From assembly GCA_964187785.1 (NCBI GenBank), contig OZ076409.1, positions 31,620,001 through 31,684,000 of the forward strand: 64,000 nucleotides of DNA. Reading direction: 5' to 3'. The translations under genes and the position numbers were made by a program. This stretch comes from Amphiscolops sp. MND2022 (Eukaryota). Below are positions 61,125-64,000 of the stretch, one piece after another; the stretch's first letter is position 1, and each line of letters begins with the position of its first letter. The notes beneath the pieces were generated by a model that was not told the origin of the DNA, did no database searches, and saw nothing but the letters and a program-made list of their open reading frames with translations.

Positions 61125-62335
61125 ACTATCCAACCGGAAATTGTTTCGCGAAGAAAAACACTGTCTTGCTGAAATTTTGCTTCAAGTACGATGTGATCGT
61201 ATATATCCGCGCCTGAAAGAAAGTCGATCCAACTGGAGATATTGAAATTAAGATAAACTTATTTGACGTTTTCCAAAGTAGACCAGTTTTTCGTCGGGCG
61301 TTCGTTTTCAAGACGACGAGCGAAGCGAGGGGCCTTATTGTTTGCGTCGAGTTTTTTTCGCCAAAACGTGACATCCCTCTGCATTTGTAAAAGTTTCGGC
61401 TATTTTTCTCCAAGCCTATTTCTCCGAGACAATTCAAATTTTTGAGAAAAGAACCGCAACTGAATGCTTTCTCTTCCCAGGTTCCAAAAACCTTTATTTG
61501 TTCCGAAAACAAGATTTTTGCAAAAAATTTTAGGCTTTTTTTCGTTTTTACGTAATTTTACCACTTGAACCCTATCGAACCGTCTCGAAATAGGTACCAA
61601 CCGACGCAAGAGGAAGTCTCCTTTAAGGTCGTGAAAGTTTCATTATCTTACATTTTTTGGGCGTTGAGAAAGTGGCGATTAAAATCGGAATTTTTTGGGT
61701 TTTTTTTTGCGAAAAATTTTCTAAATGTAGATTCCGCAATTTTACTACTTAAACGACGTCGAACCGGCTCATAGTTTGTACCGACCGACGCAACAACAGG
61801 ATGTCTTCTCTAAGCTCATGAATGTTTCATTATCCTACGATTATTGGTCGTTGAGAAAAGGGCGCAAAAAATCGGGAAATTTTTGGGTTTTTTTGCGAAA
61901 AAAATTCTCGTTTTTTGCGAAAAAAGTGTATTTTTACGTAGCCCATACAATTGCTGGTGTTTGGGCGCATTTCCGTAGCACCCATTACTCCTGGGCCCTC
62001 TCGGACATTTTCGGAGTATTTAAGGCGGGTGCGATTTTTTTCAGCTTCGGAAACGTGAACTTTCTGATAAATTTGAAAGTTTTTGCCTATTTTCGGTTGA
62101 TAAACGAACTGGATACGAGTTGGAATCGATTTTTTTTGCTGAATTATTGGAAGCTTCAAAGAGATCGTATGCTCGGAGCCGTCGCGCAATGGCAGTTGCG
62201 CCTATGTTTTTTCAGTCAAGACAGCGTATTTAACCTTTATCGCAATCATGGACCAGCGTCATTTCTACTGAACCGTTTGATTGTGCTAAGTTTTCACCTC
62301 CGACGCCTTTAATCGTAAGGTTACGCTTTCGGCTG
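61125..62335. repeat. Unclassified repeat insertion with a ~183-bp diverged internal tandem subunit
   Basis: TCGAACCG....ACCGACGCAA...TTTCATTATC...GTTGAGAAA units at ~61578 and ~61760. Interrupts the BEL protease region. Confidence 0.55.
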
Positions 62336-63629
62336 TTTAAATTCAACCGCTGATGACAGTGGTCAGTAATGAAGCTACTTTCGGCTCCAGAGTAGAAGAA
62401 AGCGCGCGAGTGTAGCGAGAATCGTTTGACTATTTGGATAGCGTAACTGAATTCTTCGAGAAGTTTGATCAGTCGAGCTTATTACTGTGGTTGCTTCATC
62501 ACGAATCAAGTAAAGATGCCGTTTTTGCAATGTCGATGGCACTATTGCTGTCTCGGCTTTGATGAACGTGCGATAGACAATTGGAACGAAGATTGTTCCT
62601 TTTGACTAAATCCTTTCGTTTGGCGACTGCTGAAGCAATGAACTTTCGATATCCTCACAGAACGGACAATTATTGTGCGCTGCTACAAGAGCAACGATCT
62701 ACTTTTGCCTTTTGGGCGTCTGAACTTTCGAATAAGTAGCCTCGACAGCCGTTGCTAAATTTTGGACAAACGTTTTCTAATCGCTTTAGGATGGAAAAAC
62801 CGTGCCTGAGTTATCGGAAGCGAAAGAAGCTCCAAATCTTTTGTAGTTACAGCGTCAAGGCGTCCCGTAACTAGATAGATTAGAATAGGATTCCAAGAAT
62901 TTTGCGTCGTTGCCAAGATTTTGGAAGACAAGAAACATTTTTGTCCGTTGTTTCGACCAACTTTCTCAATAATGTAGCATTTACGCATTTGTTTGGTTGA
63001 AACGTACGACAGAGTGGATATGTTCGCGAATGATTACCTTTTGGTAACGCTTCGCAAAATGTTCAGCGCGACACTAATGTTTGTAGGTGTGATCATCAGC
63101 TAATGATATGGTTCTTCCTTCAGAGAAGTTTTCAGGTACTGCATCTCTTGAGCACCGGATAATGTTCCGTTTGAATCGACTGAGGCCGTAATACGTTCAA
63201 AGAACGACACCCATATAGTTTAGCGTCCGGAGAAACTAGGCACATCGAGTTTCGATTCTTGACGAATTTTTCTGAAGGGCTAGAGGCCGCAAAAGCCGAA
63301 ATAGACACTGACGTGGTCACTTTTCTCGAACTCTGCCGTTGTTTTGTAATTTTTTTCTGCCGGCCTCGCACACGTCTTGAAGTCTTCCTTAGTGAGTCGA
63401 TTCTTGCTCCGTGCTCACTTCATCTAGTGTCATCACTTCATCTTGATTGTTTGCGATTTCGGTGGAAGCGAGCGCAAGACGTTCTTGTGAAGATGTTGCG
63501 TCGGCCTGATCGAAGGTTTCGTCTTTGACCGACCTTTTGATCTTAGCGGAAACGCGTTTGATTTGTGTTTCAGCTACCGAGCGTTTTTTGAGAAGCGTTT
63601 CAAGTTTTGAAGACCTATTAATATTGAGC

Positions 63630-63647
63630 ATCCGGGTCGGCGGACCA
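63630..63647 (-). promoter_or_regulatory. Primer-binding-site-like motif of BEL element 3, abutting the gag ATG
   Basis: Minus strand ...AACA-TC-TGGTCCGCCGACCCGGATG: LTR-type end (AACA), then TGG-initiated PBS similar to the BEL TGGTCCTTCGAGCCGGAT pattern. 63650-64000 is the presumptive 5' LTR. Confidence 0.65.
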
Positions 63648-64000
63648 GATGTTCCGTAGCAAAAGAAACCAAAAGAGCGAAAAAGGACGGCAGACCAGCA
63701 AAAAAAACACGTTCAAAAGATATTCAAAAAAGAGCAGTCAAAGAGTTGCGCGAAACGAATATGCGGACTAAATCAGGACCTCGAGAGAGCTGCGATCTTT
63801 TTGGTGAAGTTTTGCGCGCGAAGATTTCTCACCAGCTAATGTAATCTTTGGAACTTAGACTTAGAACTTAGGCTTCAGCTACGCCGATGTTGATGTGAGC
63901 TCAACCAAGCCGTTTGTATAGAACTAAACACTAGAAACACTCGGTACTGTCCATATCTAGTGAAGGTTACCACTGGAATGTTTCCAAGGAATGTTGTTTT

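Larger units (their letters stand above)
58470..63650 (-). mobile_element. BEL/Pao element 3, degenerate, near full-length internal region, interrupted at ~60551-61020 and ~61125-62335
   Basis: gag start 63631; RLD..T.KDLE; RAFFYSGAESSFIT (protease-like); HFVETTKR..DG.F.V.LPF; HHAVFK.SST.TK; TQRKLLS..SRILDPL; WWKAPTFL; PFTQVGVDFEGP (integrase). No 3' LTR found. Confidence 0.85.

Noticed and set aside
18261-64000. Antisense orientation bias of intronic TEs relative to MORC
   Set aside because: Both orientations are well represented (CR1-like, Tx1-like, BEL2, BEL3 minus; Tc1, BEL1, BEL4, I-LINE plus); too few elements to claim a bias.

Overview
AT-rich eukaryotic (invertebrate-like) genomic window, dominated by decayed mobile DNA, with two recognisable host genes on the + strand. 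(1) A Bin3/MEPCE-type RNA methylphosphate-capping methyltransferase exon (10532-11273). (2) The first six coding exons of a MORC-family GHKL ATPase (MORC2/MORC1-like) spread over 18080-48767. These splice in phase into a 165-aa N-terminus and are missed by the ORF track. The large MORC introns and the flanking DNA hold several relics. A Polinton/Maverick relic is folded into a ~10-kb imperfect palindrome (1-10.2 kb). A second, ~13.7-kb Polinton-like element bounded by AGTAGT...ACTACT inverted termini sits in MORC intron 2 (integrase, a different pPolB lineage, penton-like, protease). There are also four BEL/Pao LTR fragments, Gypsy, Tc1 and hAT remnants, three LINE clades (CR1/L2-like, Tx1/L1-like, RNaseH-bearing I-group), two non-autonomous Helentron(HINE/DINE-1)-like families (one carrying a tRNA-like Pol III promoter), a thymidine-kinase pseudogene next to an SGNH-hydrolase remnant, and a near-perfect 137-bp-arm hairpin just after MORC exon 6. 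All protein identifications are by-eye motif recognition; no database search was run.
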